Below, piece after piece: positions 46,501 through 57,338 of a stretch of 64,000 nt of DNA (the first letter of the stretch is position 1; the number at the start of each line of letters is the position of its first letter). The notes under the pieces were generated by a model. That model searched no databases. It was not told where the DNA came from and saw only the letters and a list, made by a program, of their open reading frames with translations. Both the position numbers and the translations under genes were made by a program. Origin of the DNA: Ylistrum balloti (lineage: Eukaryota); the NCBI RefSeq assembly GCF_031769215.1, contig NW_026781975.1, forward strand, positions 620,001-684,000. The letters run 5' to 3'.

Positions 46501-47089
46501 GCATGCGTAATTTACTACAATTTGAATATTTTGTGAAAGATCGGTTAATGCATGTTTTACGTGAATTATTATAATGTGATCACGACATATTTGACGCCAG
46601 GGGTAAAGTTGGATATAAATCATTTTGCGAGTTCACACACAAAAGGAATATACAAATATATTGAAATACTAGGTGTATATTAGCAAAGTACCCAAACTAG
46701 TGTTTACATCTTACACGGTAATGACACGCGAATGTACAGTACAACGTATTACCCACATAAAACTTCCTACAACCCTTACATTGTACTGGGTTGATGTAAG
46801 CATCTTATTGACATAATCGTTCTACACGGTGATATTCTTTTTTAAATATCAGTACACGTCACTAAACACCCCGATTTTAATGTTCCTGCTATCATGTTTG
46901 ACACTTGTCATACGAAGTTAAATAAGCTGTAAGAAATACAAATGTACTGTTAATTTAACATGATATATACATCATAAACGTACCTGATTTGACTGGAGGC
47001 GGCACTTGTGGAGACTGACTATTGCCCGGCCCCACATACGTCAGCCACGCCAAAATCGACACCAACACACCCACTGAATACATCCTCAT
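39974..47089 (-). CDS. Secreted ferritin-family subunit with degenerate ferroxidase centre (light-chain-homologue-like), about 225 aa
   Basis: Five exons: 47089-46984 (MRMYSVGVLVSILAWLTYVGPGNSQSPQVPPPVKS), 45778-45669 (helix A, IKTSFQSYYTYLAI), 44824-44654 (SYCFARHNISLPGFEKLFRSYTEMERQNAEKIMLYMIQRG), 42303-42163 (EWSYVMSVIDFALGDQKHRLNLLKKTH...FPH), 40123-39974 (LKHFLEDECMDQKYLKIKEIADI...LGLYLFDRSLLS*). The frame is open and splice sites are canonical. A small extra exon in intron 3 cannot be excluded. Confidence 0.88.
40960..42010. repeat. About 45-bp minisatellite in intron 4 of the minus-strand ferritin
   Basis: Variants of gtttcgaggcgcacacaataccgtgtacatgtagcagaaaacaat. It explains the overlapping Cys-rich antisense ORFs. 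Confidence 0.95.
42852..43770. repeat. 46-bp minisatellite in intron 3 of the minus-strand ferritin
   Basis: Repeats of tcgttatgacaataaaatttatatcgttattacgacttcagtgatc. Confidence 0.96.
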
Positions 47090-47739
47090 GTTTAATTATC
47101 TGTTTCTATTATAATTGTTCTAATTAGTAACCGGTATACAGATAGGATAACTGTCTATCCCTGAAATACATTTGTACTATGACACGGAATAAACATACGA
47201 TAACAGTGTTATCTTTCTGAAGGTGCGTGCAACGTCAACATAATTGTACTTCTGTTCATCTACCGTATTATTCATAATAGTGTACTCCTCATTATACTCG
47301 ACCTTCTTAATCATGATATTGTTTCAATGATATACATAAACCCGACCTTATTTTTCTCGAATTTTATCATTTCAATATACTTCTCATAGTTTTATGATAT
47401 CATTTCAATATACCCCTCACCGCACAAGATTTTTTACTATATAATAAAATCATTTCAATGCACATGACCATTTATTTTCGCCCGTATTAGGATTTCAGTG
47501 TCTCTCCCGCAGTACCTGATGATTTTTTCCTTCAGTTTTCTTATGTATCCTCCGCTGTACCAATCCACTTTTTCTTGCATCACAGTTTCTAGCATCATGA
47601 CGTACTTATCTATTTTTTCCTCGTATTTCTCCCTCACTCTACCTATTTTCTTATTCTAATATTAGCATTTCAATGTTACCACCGCACTACCTGATCATTT
47701 TTCTCTAATTAGCCTTTCAATTATCCTCTTAGTACCTTA

Positions 47740-48335
47740 CCATTTCTTCCGTCTATTAGCGTTTCAAGCATCCTTTCAGGTCCTGACCATTTCTTCCTTG
47801 TATTAGCGTTTCAAGCATCCTCTCGGTGCCTAACCATTTCTTTCTTGTATTTGCGTTTCTAGCATCCTCTCAGTGCCTGACCATTTCTTTCTTGTATTAG
47901 CATTTCAAGCACCCTCTCAGTGCCTGACCATTTCTTCCTTGTATTAGCGTTTCTAGCATCCTGTCAGTGCCTGACCATTTCTTTCTTGTATTAGCGTTTC
48001 AAGCATCCTTTTAGGTCCTGACAAGTTCTTTCTTGTATTAGCGTTTCAAGCATATTCTCAGTTCCTGACAAGTTCTTCCTTGTATTAGCGTTTCAAGCAT
48101 CCTCTCAGTTCCTGATCATTTCTTCCTTGTATTAGCGTTTCAAGCACCCTCTCAGTGCCTGACCATTTCTTCTTTGTATTAGCGTTTCAAGCATTCTCTA
48201 AGTGCCTGCCCATTTCTTTCTTGTATTAGCGTTTCTAGCATCCTCTCAGTTTCTGACCATTTCCTCCTTGTATAAGCGTTTCAAGCCTCATCTCAGTGCT
48301 TGACCATTTCTTCCTTGTATTAGCGGTTGAAGTAC
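47740..48335. repeat. 47-bp minisatellite, about 12 copies, in the inter-ferritin spacer
   Basis: Variants of gaccatttcttccttgtattagcgtttcaagcatcctctcagtgcct. Confidence 0.95.
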
Positions 48336-48482
48336 CCGACCATTTTCTTCTCCCATATGGCCAATTCAGTGCAACCAATTATAATTTAAATTAATCATCA
48401 TTCTAACTCTCCTATCAAAATTTACGGAAGTTCGCCTCGTTTGCATCTTAACTGTTCCAGGGGTTACTAGCAATATCGCTCT

Positions 48483-48875
48483 CAGCACCCCTGGAACCAT
48501 CCTCGATACTCCAGGGACTACGATCACGATGGTTTTCTGTACCCCTGGAACCATCCTCGACACTCCAGGGACTACGATCACGATTGTTTTCTGTACCCTT
48601 GGAACCATCCTCGACACTCCAGGGACTACGATCACGATTGTTTTCTGTACCCTTGGAACCATCCTCGACACTCCAGGGACTACGATCACGATTGCTTTCT
48701 GTACCCCTGGAACCATCCTCGACACTCCAGGGACTACGATCACGATTGCCTTCTGTACCCCTGGAACCATCACGAATACTCCAGGGACTACGATCACGAT
48801 TGCTTTCTGTACCCCTGGAACCATCCTCGACACTCCAGGGACTACGATCACGATTGCTTTCTGTACCCCTGGAAC
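48483..48875. repeat. 54-bp minisatellite, about 7 copies, each with an internal hairpin
   Basis: Unit ctgtacccctggaaccatcctcgacactccagggactacgatcacgattgcttt; ccctgga and tccaggg are inverted within each unit. Confidence 0.96.
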
Positions 48876-49132
48876 ATTTCATGGCAAAATCGAAGATTCC
48901 ATGTGCGGCACCTTGTGGATTAGTCGATAAGACTGGTTTGTTCCCTTGATTTGCATCAAACAAATATCGAGGCCGCTTAACTGTATGTGGTAATGGCTTT
49001 GAAGTTGGGTGTCGCGCCTTTTTAATCTTCAAAGTCTGCGATTAGTCAGTTGTTTTTCCTCCTGAAACCAGCTCCAGACCAATAAAATCACTTCGCTTGT
49101 GCCAACAATTCGGCCATGAAATGTTCCAGGGG
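48866..49132. mobile_element. 267-bp MITE-like element with perfect 20-bp TIRs
   Basis: cccctggaacatttcatggc (48866-48885) is the exact reverse complement of gccatgaaatgttccagggg (49113-49132). No clear TSD was seen. Confidence 0.65.
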
Positions 49133-50281
49133 CAGTGAGAGCGATAGTGTATTGTAAGTTTCAACGGTCATGATATCATTATGTGTTCCGTGTAGTGCCG
49201 TATATGTTTTCATCTCATTAACTGTCGTTTCAAGTATCCAGCACACCTGTATAGAGCGCTATAACGAGCAACTACGGTACAAATCAAATGCGCATATGTG
49301 GTCATATCGAGGTCAATTATCATTAAGATATCACAGGTAAAACACCGGTTATCTAAATAAGTCGTATCTGATATATAATTCAGATCTCCATGAAACCATC
49401 TGATGTCAGAGTAATGATACTATTCACTGCATTATATGCGGTATATATTACATTGCATTCACATGAATAGTGGAAATTGTGGCGTTTGTTACATGTAGTT
49501 TGCTGCGTTTATCAACCTCTGAGCACCCAGTGTCATTTTGAGACGGCGTATCCTTGTAGTAGCTGGTGGCTACCTCGTTGAACAAAACTAGGGAGGCACT
49601 CCCATGACATCCAGATTAATTGATGTTAAGTGTCTTGTCCACTAACTGCCATACACCTGTGTCATGGGTAGGGTGTACCGAACCGCACACCTCGGATACG
49701 ATCTTTGCGTTTTCATTAACAAAATGAGCTATTGCGACAGCCGAAATCAAGGCGTATTTGAGGAATCTAATGTTTTTCAAGTAGCTTAATCGGTATTAAT
49801 GAATGCTGATATCAATTTCTTTTTTTAATTGAAAACTTTTCCACTACTTAGTGTTAAATAAAGATGGTATTCCTAATTAAAGTTCCTCGATTATTGACAA
49901 TTAAATAGATCAAAGATGATTTACATGTTATAATTCAGATATGTGATGGTAGGTTGTGTATACTGTGTATAAGTACGATGTTACGTTTTCAGTTGTCTAT
50001 CTTCTCTATTTGGTTTCATTCTGTTCGAGTATTTTCCTCCTAAAAGACGGTACTGTACTTCATCCACATCCCAATGGAACAAGACTATAGAATTAAAAGG
50101 AAATTCTAAGTAAAAATATCTGAAAATTATCGTCCGTCACTCAATTCTACAGTGTCCGTGAACGTTCGGCGTCTGATCTCTGTTACACTTAACCCAAAGT
50201 ATGATGTTAGAGTCATATTTGCAAGATAAATGTATCAGTGGGTAGATGTCAGAGGTTTTGTTAAACTATGCTATGTACTTG

Positions 50282-50427
50282 TATATATAAGTTATCGGTC
50301 AATGCTCGCACTGTTATCCTCATTCGTGATACAGTTACCTTGATCGTTACGCGCACCTGACAAGGTTCATACAGGCCGGGCATTATCAATAAATGATGAT
50401 AATCCATTGACATCATCATATCACGTG
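50282..50427 (+). promoter_or_regulatory. Candidate promoter motifs of the plus-strand ferritin: TATA-like tatatataa (50282-50290) and CACGTG E-box/HRE-like site (50422-50427)
   Basis: Motif matches 100-240 bp upstream of ATG 50525. They are short motifs that could be chance. Confidence 0.3.
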
Positions 50428-50524
50428 AGAGTCAAACTACGTTAGAGCTATCCAAGTCCACCAGTATCATTACAAAAACCGACGCCATTAGGCAAAAGAA
50501 ATCTATCGAACACACAACGAAGTT

Positions 50525-53500
50525 ATGAGGACGCTCATCATTTTTGTTTGCCTTTTGGCCTTTTGCTTTGCAAGTGAGTATCCAAGAAACAATGTTGATA
50601 TTTTGAATATCCTGCTCTTTTCTTTAAATTTCATATGTTCTATAAAATGACATTAACTCATTTCACGCGCGTTATTTGGCTTTCTGAATCCTGTTGAGAA
50701 TGAAATTCAATCTAGTAATTGAACTTTTCATATATTGTACAATGTTTGATATTATGTACACGAAACAAATTATGTCGTTTTTACCTTCGTTAAATGATAT
50801 CGTTGTAATTGTTTGTAATATCTAATAGATTTACAGAGTAAGCACCATAACATACTATCTTAACATGTCGGAAGTGAAACCAAGTCCTGACAGGGAAAGC
50901 GTTCCTTGTGGTATATTCGTCACTTCTGACGACCACCAAATATATATATATATATATACTTGGGCTATAAGTTAGGTAAAACCCACGTCTTAGTTTGGGA
51001 TTAATTTGATGTATTTTAGAAAAAAATATTCAATTAAATCTCAACAGGCTATACAGGAATGTGTTTAAAGTACGAAACTATACACTGTCAATATATCGTT
51101 TTAAAAAGACGTGGTAAAAAGCCATTCTAAACGTCTAGAACAAAAGTTTTACTTTAATTGGCTTTTATTAACAGATATGTCATTAAATCACCAACATTCA
51201 ACTTGACCAAGAAAATTAACTACATGAGATATAAACGACTTTCGCTGGATACAAAAATGTCACTATTGGTTATAGCTTACACGTTTTTAGTCACTGTAAC
51301 CGTGTTTGTGACCGTCTTCTCATGTCATTGACCGGACACAGAAGCTTGTTCTGAGGAAGTTCCTGCCACTCTTGCATCTTGTATCCGACAGAGTTCTACA
51401 CATGCGCAATCGGGATCATATCTGGTGGCATCTCTATCTTGTTGAAGATACTCTTGCAAAAGGCGGGCTCTGTGTGGTTTGTCATTGTTATTCATTAAGA
51501 TAGGACAACTGCGTATAAATGGGAATCGAAATGCGGAACAACTAAAGGTCGATCGCAGTATGTCTGTACATTTAAACTTTTATCAAGGACACGTAACCAA
51601 ACCTACATTTAAGATTAAAAAACATCCCCAGACTGTAACATCGCCACCATTATCTTATAGCATGCCATATTTCTTCAAACACGGAACTGCCTAATCAAAA
51701 CGTGACTTTCATCAGATCAATGGACACTTCGCCAAAACCTAAAAATGTCATGTTTGATGATCATGAGCCCATTGCAGTTTTGCTTGTTTGTGCCTTCCAA
51801 TCAACAAGGAACGTTGTACTGGTCAACGAGAGTAAAGTCGCCTGATGTTCAAACGTGTGTTGACGTCGGCTAATACAAACATTAACTTCCCACTATTCCC
51901 GAATCTGATGGCAGAGATGAACGGGGCTCGTTTTGCCTGCCAGAAGTCTTTCTTGTCAAATTGAAGTCTTCCGAGGTCTGCCATTCCTGGGACACTAGTC
52001 AACATGTGTGGTTTTGTTAAGACGATGCATTGACCGAGAAATAATGCAATGGCTGACATCAAAACGTGAAGTTTCTTTAGGTGACGACCTGAGCTTTGTT
52101 AGAGTACGGGACATTCCAGTTTAATACGGGTAATCGTTGTGTTATATGTATCTTTTTGTTGCATGCTGCATCAAACACAAAAGGAAACAGTGCAAAAAAA
52201 AAAAAAAAAAAAAACCAAAAGACAAAAAGAACAAAAATGCAAGGTTTATTTTTACATGAAATAAGTTTTGATTACAATTTTCATAATGAAATTGATTACG
52301 AATTGGTTACCAATGCACGAGGGAATATTTTTGTCACATTTATTTGACATAACCTGCCAATCTCCTTTCTTACGATAGTATATAATGTATACTATATTCT
52401 TTATTCATAGTTGGACCTGATTTAAACGACACAAATACACAAATTAACTTTTCCATTTGTAGGTTTATAAACAGGTGATTGCGTGTTACATATACAATAC
52501 ATCTACACTGTTATATATCACTTGGGTACTTTCTTCTAGTCAAACGACGGGAGCTAACTAAAAGACAACTCTTATTATCATATCGACTTAGGTTAACAAC
52601 ATCTAAATAAATCCTACTTGTAAAATACTAATTGCTTGGGTGTGACATACTTTATTATAAGCGAACAGGTGCACCTACATGTCACCTTTTAATTCATTCA
52701 AATAGTGGATTCGGAATATACACACATACTTGGCGTTCTTCTGAAATTACCAGATACTTGTATTTGAAAACTACGAAATTTATTGAATTAATATACACCA
52801 CAATTTATATACTGACATTTTTTTCCGATCACTATGTAGTCCTCATATGTTTCAAAATTTAGACAATGGGTGTCGCTGAAGCTGTAGTATGCAGTTTAAT
52901 TTGTTGTTTGGCTCTATGGTATCTAATTATAAATCTGTATTAAAAATTGCTATTTACTTGAGTATTGTTACAACTTACTATCTGTATTTATCCAAAGTAT
53001 GATTGAATAAAGTTTACATTTAATAAATACTGCAATGGTATTTCTTTGCTTTTAATAAAGGGCAGCCGACGAAAAATGTAGATACCGTTAGGGACCAATT
53101 TGTGGACACCAACATAGAACATGTGGTAAACCATATCAACAAGGAACAGTTAGCCAGCTACTTCTACCAGGCCTATGTAAGTATCTCATACAAATATAGA
53201 ATGATATATTAAACAACTAACAGCCAAAACTATAAGCAATTGTATCAATCATGACCTGCCAAATGGCAATGTTTTATTTATTCAAGTAGTGAATACACAT
53301 TCACAAGGAACTCATCAACATAGAACCATCATCATTTGTCATGAAGTATACCTTCACCAAAATTTACATCGCATGTGTCATCGATGAAGCAGAAGACGCT
53401 TACTTTTCCAAAACACTTTGTCTTATTCTTTTTCAGGGGTTTCCGTGTAAATCTTTCTTTTGTTCATATTTCACCCTTGTTTTATGGAATTTGAGTTTGA

Positions 53501-56500
53501 ATTATGATTATGTTGCTATGTTGGTATTTTCTTGATTTTTTCATCAACTTCTTCATTCATTTCCTCTGACAAAGGTCATGGGCATTAAAGAAAGCATCGC
53601 TGTTGTTTTCATTGTACTTTCTCCTTAGAGGCCATTTAAATTTCGCTGTCGTGAATTTTTTTTACTTGTTTCATCGATTTTCACTAAGAATTACAAATAG
53701 ATATGAATCAAAGTGTCACACTAAGGAAACCTGCCATAATTTGTTCAGCCCAAAGGCTTGTATCAACGAAGACTAGCATTCCTTTAAGCACTGAAATAAC
53801 TGATATTTGCCATAGAAATCGAAGCAGTAGGTTATCTATTACAGAGTAAATTTTTCAAGCGTGGCGATATTGCTTTGGATGGCTTTGCCAAGTGGTTTTC
53901 TGCAGCGGCTAAAGAAGAAAATGATCATGCCGAGAAACTGATGAATTACCTCAATATGAGAGGAGGAGAGGTTGACCTCAATACCATTACAGTAAGGACT
54001 GCTAGTGCACACAATTTTTTAGAAAACGAATTTTCAATCCTGTTCGGTATTCTTTTCTTTAAACTAGAAAAGAAGAATGAAACATATCTTTAGGATCTAA
54101 ATATTCATCTGATCGTATAGCTCAAAGTCAGCTAAATAAAACCGATTCAAGACTTTCTTTGATATATTGAAAACGTAACACTATGCATGAATTAACGTGA
54201 ATGTCGGTTATACAACCTAATCGATAAAAGACAATTGATGTTCATAATCTACACTTATTTTACAATATTGTTATAACTCACATATTGTTGTTGGATCAAT
54301 GAAATGTTTTTTCTTATATTTCAAAGCTTCAAGATGTGTGCGACACAGTGTCAACAAAGCTGGCGGATTTTCCACAATTCAACAGACAGGAAGCCTGTGT
54401 AAGTCGAATTAACATCAGTAGAAAGTCGAAACAAGCCCATAATGCTCTCGACATATCTCGTATATGTGCGATGCATAAATTTACTTTTTGCTCAGGAAGA
54501 CATTATCAGTATTACGTACACACATACATATAAATCATATTTCAAAAGCATAAACGCTCTATAAAGCAATTCAAGCAAGTCTCCGTTTAATCGGTTTAAT
54601 GAGCTTATACGTTTGTTATGGATTATACAGTTGTAACTCATATAACATAAGTTTATTTTACAGCTAAGCTAGCTGTGAATAAAAGGAATAGTAAATGTAC
54701 ATATAACAAGTTTATTAAGCTATTCCTGCTGAAACTTTTCTTAGCTAGCTATAGGTGTTTACCGACGAATTTGTAACAACTTGTTAACCTACTTTCGGCG
54801 CAGTTATGATAGTGTATCCTTACTCCGAATAAAAAAAAAAAACCAAACAATTTTGATAATCAAATAACTTTTTTCCGTCCCATGGTATAATCACATATTT
54901 AAAACATATTTCCCGATTCTTATCCCTATCCCGCTATCATTTTTGAAGCTTATTTCCTGTTTCTTACCATTATCCCGCACGCCTGTGAAAAAAATTATTT
55001 CCTGTGTCTTACCCTTATCCCACACGTATGTTTAAAGCTTATTTCCTGTTTATTACCCTTATTCCGCACGCAAGTTTAAAGCTTATTTTCCGTTTCTTAC
55101 CCTATCCCGCACGCAAGTTTAAAATATATTTTCTGTTCCTTACTCTTTCCCGCACGCATGTGTAAAGCTTATTTCCTGTTTCTTACCGTTATCTCACACG
55201 CACATTTAAAGCATATTTCCAAGTAATGTATCGTTGATTTGTTATTCTCTTATGCTTTTGATCTACGAGAGCTGATGATAAGGTAATAGCCTCATATTAA
55301 AACTTTGACTTTTAGCTGACATATTGCATTGTTTTTCAACATGGTACCTTTCAGTATCTATACACTTTTGTCAGCGATGTTTAAGGGCCTCATTTCCACT
55401 TTTAAAGTTCTTTTCTCGAATGTTCAAAAAGTTCTCCACTGCATGAATGACATCATCATCTGACCGAAAGTAGGTATTGGAAATCGTCTTTTTCAACTAT
55501 GGAAATAGACGAAAGTCTGATGGAGCGATATCAGAAGAATAAGGCGGATGCTCAATTAAATCAAAGCCACAATCGTTCATGGCAGCTGTGACAACCACAG
55601 ATTTGTGAACAGGGGCATTGTCCTGGTCAAACAACACTTCTTTACTGACCTTTCGCAGCGCCTTAGTTTGATATTTTCTCTTAATTGCCTTTGAGGTGAT
55701 GCATAATATGTGTCATTGATTGTTTGACCCTTTTGCAGATAATTTAATGTATCCCGGAAAACTGAGGCCATAACCTTTCCAGATGATGGAACAGTCTTTG
55801 CCTTCTTTGGTGGGAGTGAACCAGAGTGTTTTCATTGTTTAGACTGTGGTGGGCCTCTTGGGTAAAATGGTGGACCCATGTTTCCTCCATAGTCACAAAC
55901 CTGCGCAGAAATTTAGCAGGATCTGCCTCAAAAGGATTCATATTAGCACGTGGCAACGTCCACCCGGTGTGCTTCTGATCTAGAAACAAGATCTTAAATC
56001 CGTAAGAACGAAATGTGCTCTTTGGTGTGGAATCCCAACTGTACTGAGTAAATCTCTATATAATGTACTTCACTGACCATTTCTGGGGAGGCAACAGTGA
56101 CAGGCCTTCCAGGACAGGCGTAATCCCCAAGGTCTGCGTACTACGCATAAATTCCGCCACCCACCATTTCACTGTAACATATGAATAGGCACCACACCCT
56201 GGTGTTGCTACCATATCAGTAAGGATGTCCTTAGGTGATATACCTTTCTTATACAAATATTAAATCACTGCTCTTTCAGCTGTTTTGTCCACTTCGAAAT
56301 TTCACTTGCCTTGTTTACTTTAGAGTTCTGCATTGTCGACATGAAGTGATCAAATGACACAAGTCTTCGGCTACACAGCTTTTAAGGGTCAGGAAATAGT
56401 TGAAAAAGGATATCCCTGCTCAACTCCTTCAAAATTTGCCAACCACGTTTGTTCTTTGTGCTGAATTCCCCATTTTTACTTTTCTTATTGTAGATTTGCA

Positions 56501-57338
56501 ACTTTATGTCGAGAGAAAAAAGTCATTCAGATGCGACATGTTCGGTATGTATGTAATGATGAAGTCATATGTATGTTTACCAGATGTGTTTTTCTATAAT
56601 TAATATTTAATTTACCAGTATGTACTTGGAAAACATGATGATAAAACCCCATTTCTAAAGATATAATAATTTCAATAAATTGCAAAATTTATGTAATTAA
56701 ACAACGTACATGATATATCAATATAAAATAGACGACATGACATGCTTTGCAAGTAAAACAGAAGAGAATGCAAACTCCCGAATATTTAAACGTGCAAGTT
56801 AAAATAGTGTATATAACTAGCATAATAATGTAAACATGATACACTGTATATTTATAGCCGCACGAAGTCTAATTGACAACGTATTTGAGTGGTATTTCAC
56901 TAATGTTTGTAGAAGGATCACAGTACGTGGTTTTCGGGGCTCCAAGCTATGCAAGACTCCTTAGTGCTTGAAAGATATGTCAACGATCAACTTCTTGATC
57001 TCCACAAAAATACATCAAGCGACCCTCACGTAAGTGGCTAAAATGATAGGACCACAATTGTAAGATAAATGCAGGTTAAAGACGGCGTAAGGCAATTCTT
57101 GTCAACAAGAACGAGAAACATCACAATTTTGTTTGAATTAGAACCTGGCATTGAATACATTGCTACATCCGATACATTATCGATACTATGTATTTGTTGA
57201 CAGCTGAGTCACATGTTGGAGCACGATTTCCTTGATGAACAGATTGATTCCATTAAAACATATGGCGACTACATCACGATCCTTACTCGTGTGGGAGCAG
57301 GTATTGGCGAATATGAGTTCGACAAAAGTCTTCAATGA
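50525..57338 (+). CDS. Secreted ferritin (yolk-ferritin type, Cys-rich BC-loop insertion) with intact ferroxidase centre, 228 aa
   Basis: Seven exons: 50525-50573 (signal MRTLIIFVCLLAFCFA), 53061-53176 (HINKEQLASYFY), 53845-53991 (AKEENDHAEKLMNYLNMRGG), 54327-54398, 56494-56544, 56913-57029 (SLVLERYVNDQLLDLH...DPH), 57204-57338 (LEHDFLDEQIDSIK...GIGEYEFDKSLQ*), 687 nt in total. Equivalents of human H-chain E27, Y34, E61, E62, H65, E107 and Q141 are all present. AATAAA occurs downstream near 57507 and 57581. Confidence 0.94.
51290..52130 (-). mobile_element. Decayed Tc1 element in intron 1 of the plus-strand ferritin
   Basis: Minus-strand remnants GRPRKTS, WRSVH*SDESH, GGDVTVWGC and MPPDMIPIAHV*, with stops and frameshifts. 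Boundaries are approximate. Confidence 0.8.
54900..55222. repeat. About 46-bp degenerate minisatellite in intron 4 of the plus-strand ferritin
   Basis: Variants of tttaaagcttatttcctgtttcttacccttatcccgcacgc. Confidence 0.88.
55266..56365 (-). mobile_element. Decayed mariner (DD34D) transposon
   Basis: Remnants KGISPKDI...SYVTVKWWVAEF, FVTMEETWVHHF, YLQKGQTINDTYY and HPPYSSDIAPSDFRLFP*LK. The terminal repeat begins ta-cgagagctgatgataagg at 55264. Confidence 0.9.

Noticed and set aside
47198-47213. c-gataa-cagtg-ttatc hairpin resembling an iron-responsive element near the minus-strand ferritin start
   Set aside because: CAGTG reads on the plus strand, which is antisense to that gene. The loop is 5 nt rather than CAGUGN and there is no lower stem.
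48448-49032. 194-aa minus-strand ORF with GSRGTESNRDRSPWSVED repeats, plus overlapping ORFs
   Set aside because: Explained by a 54-bp (3n) array plus a MITE. Multiple frames on both strands are open and no splice structure was found.
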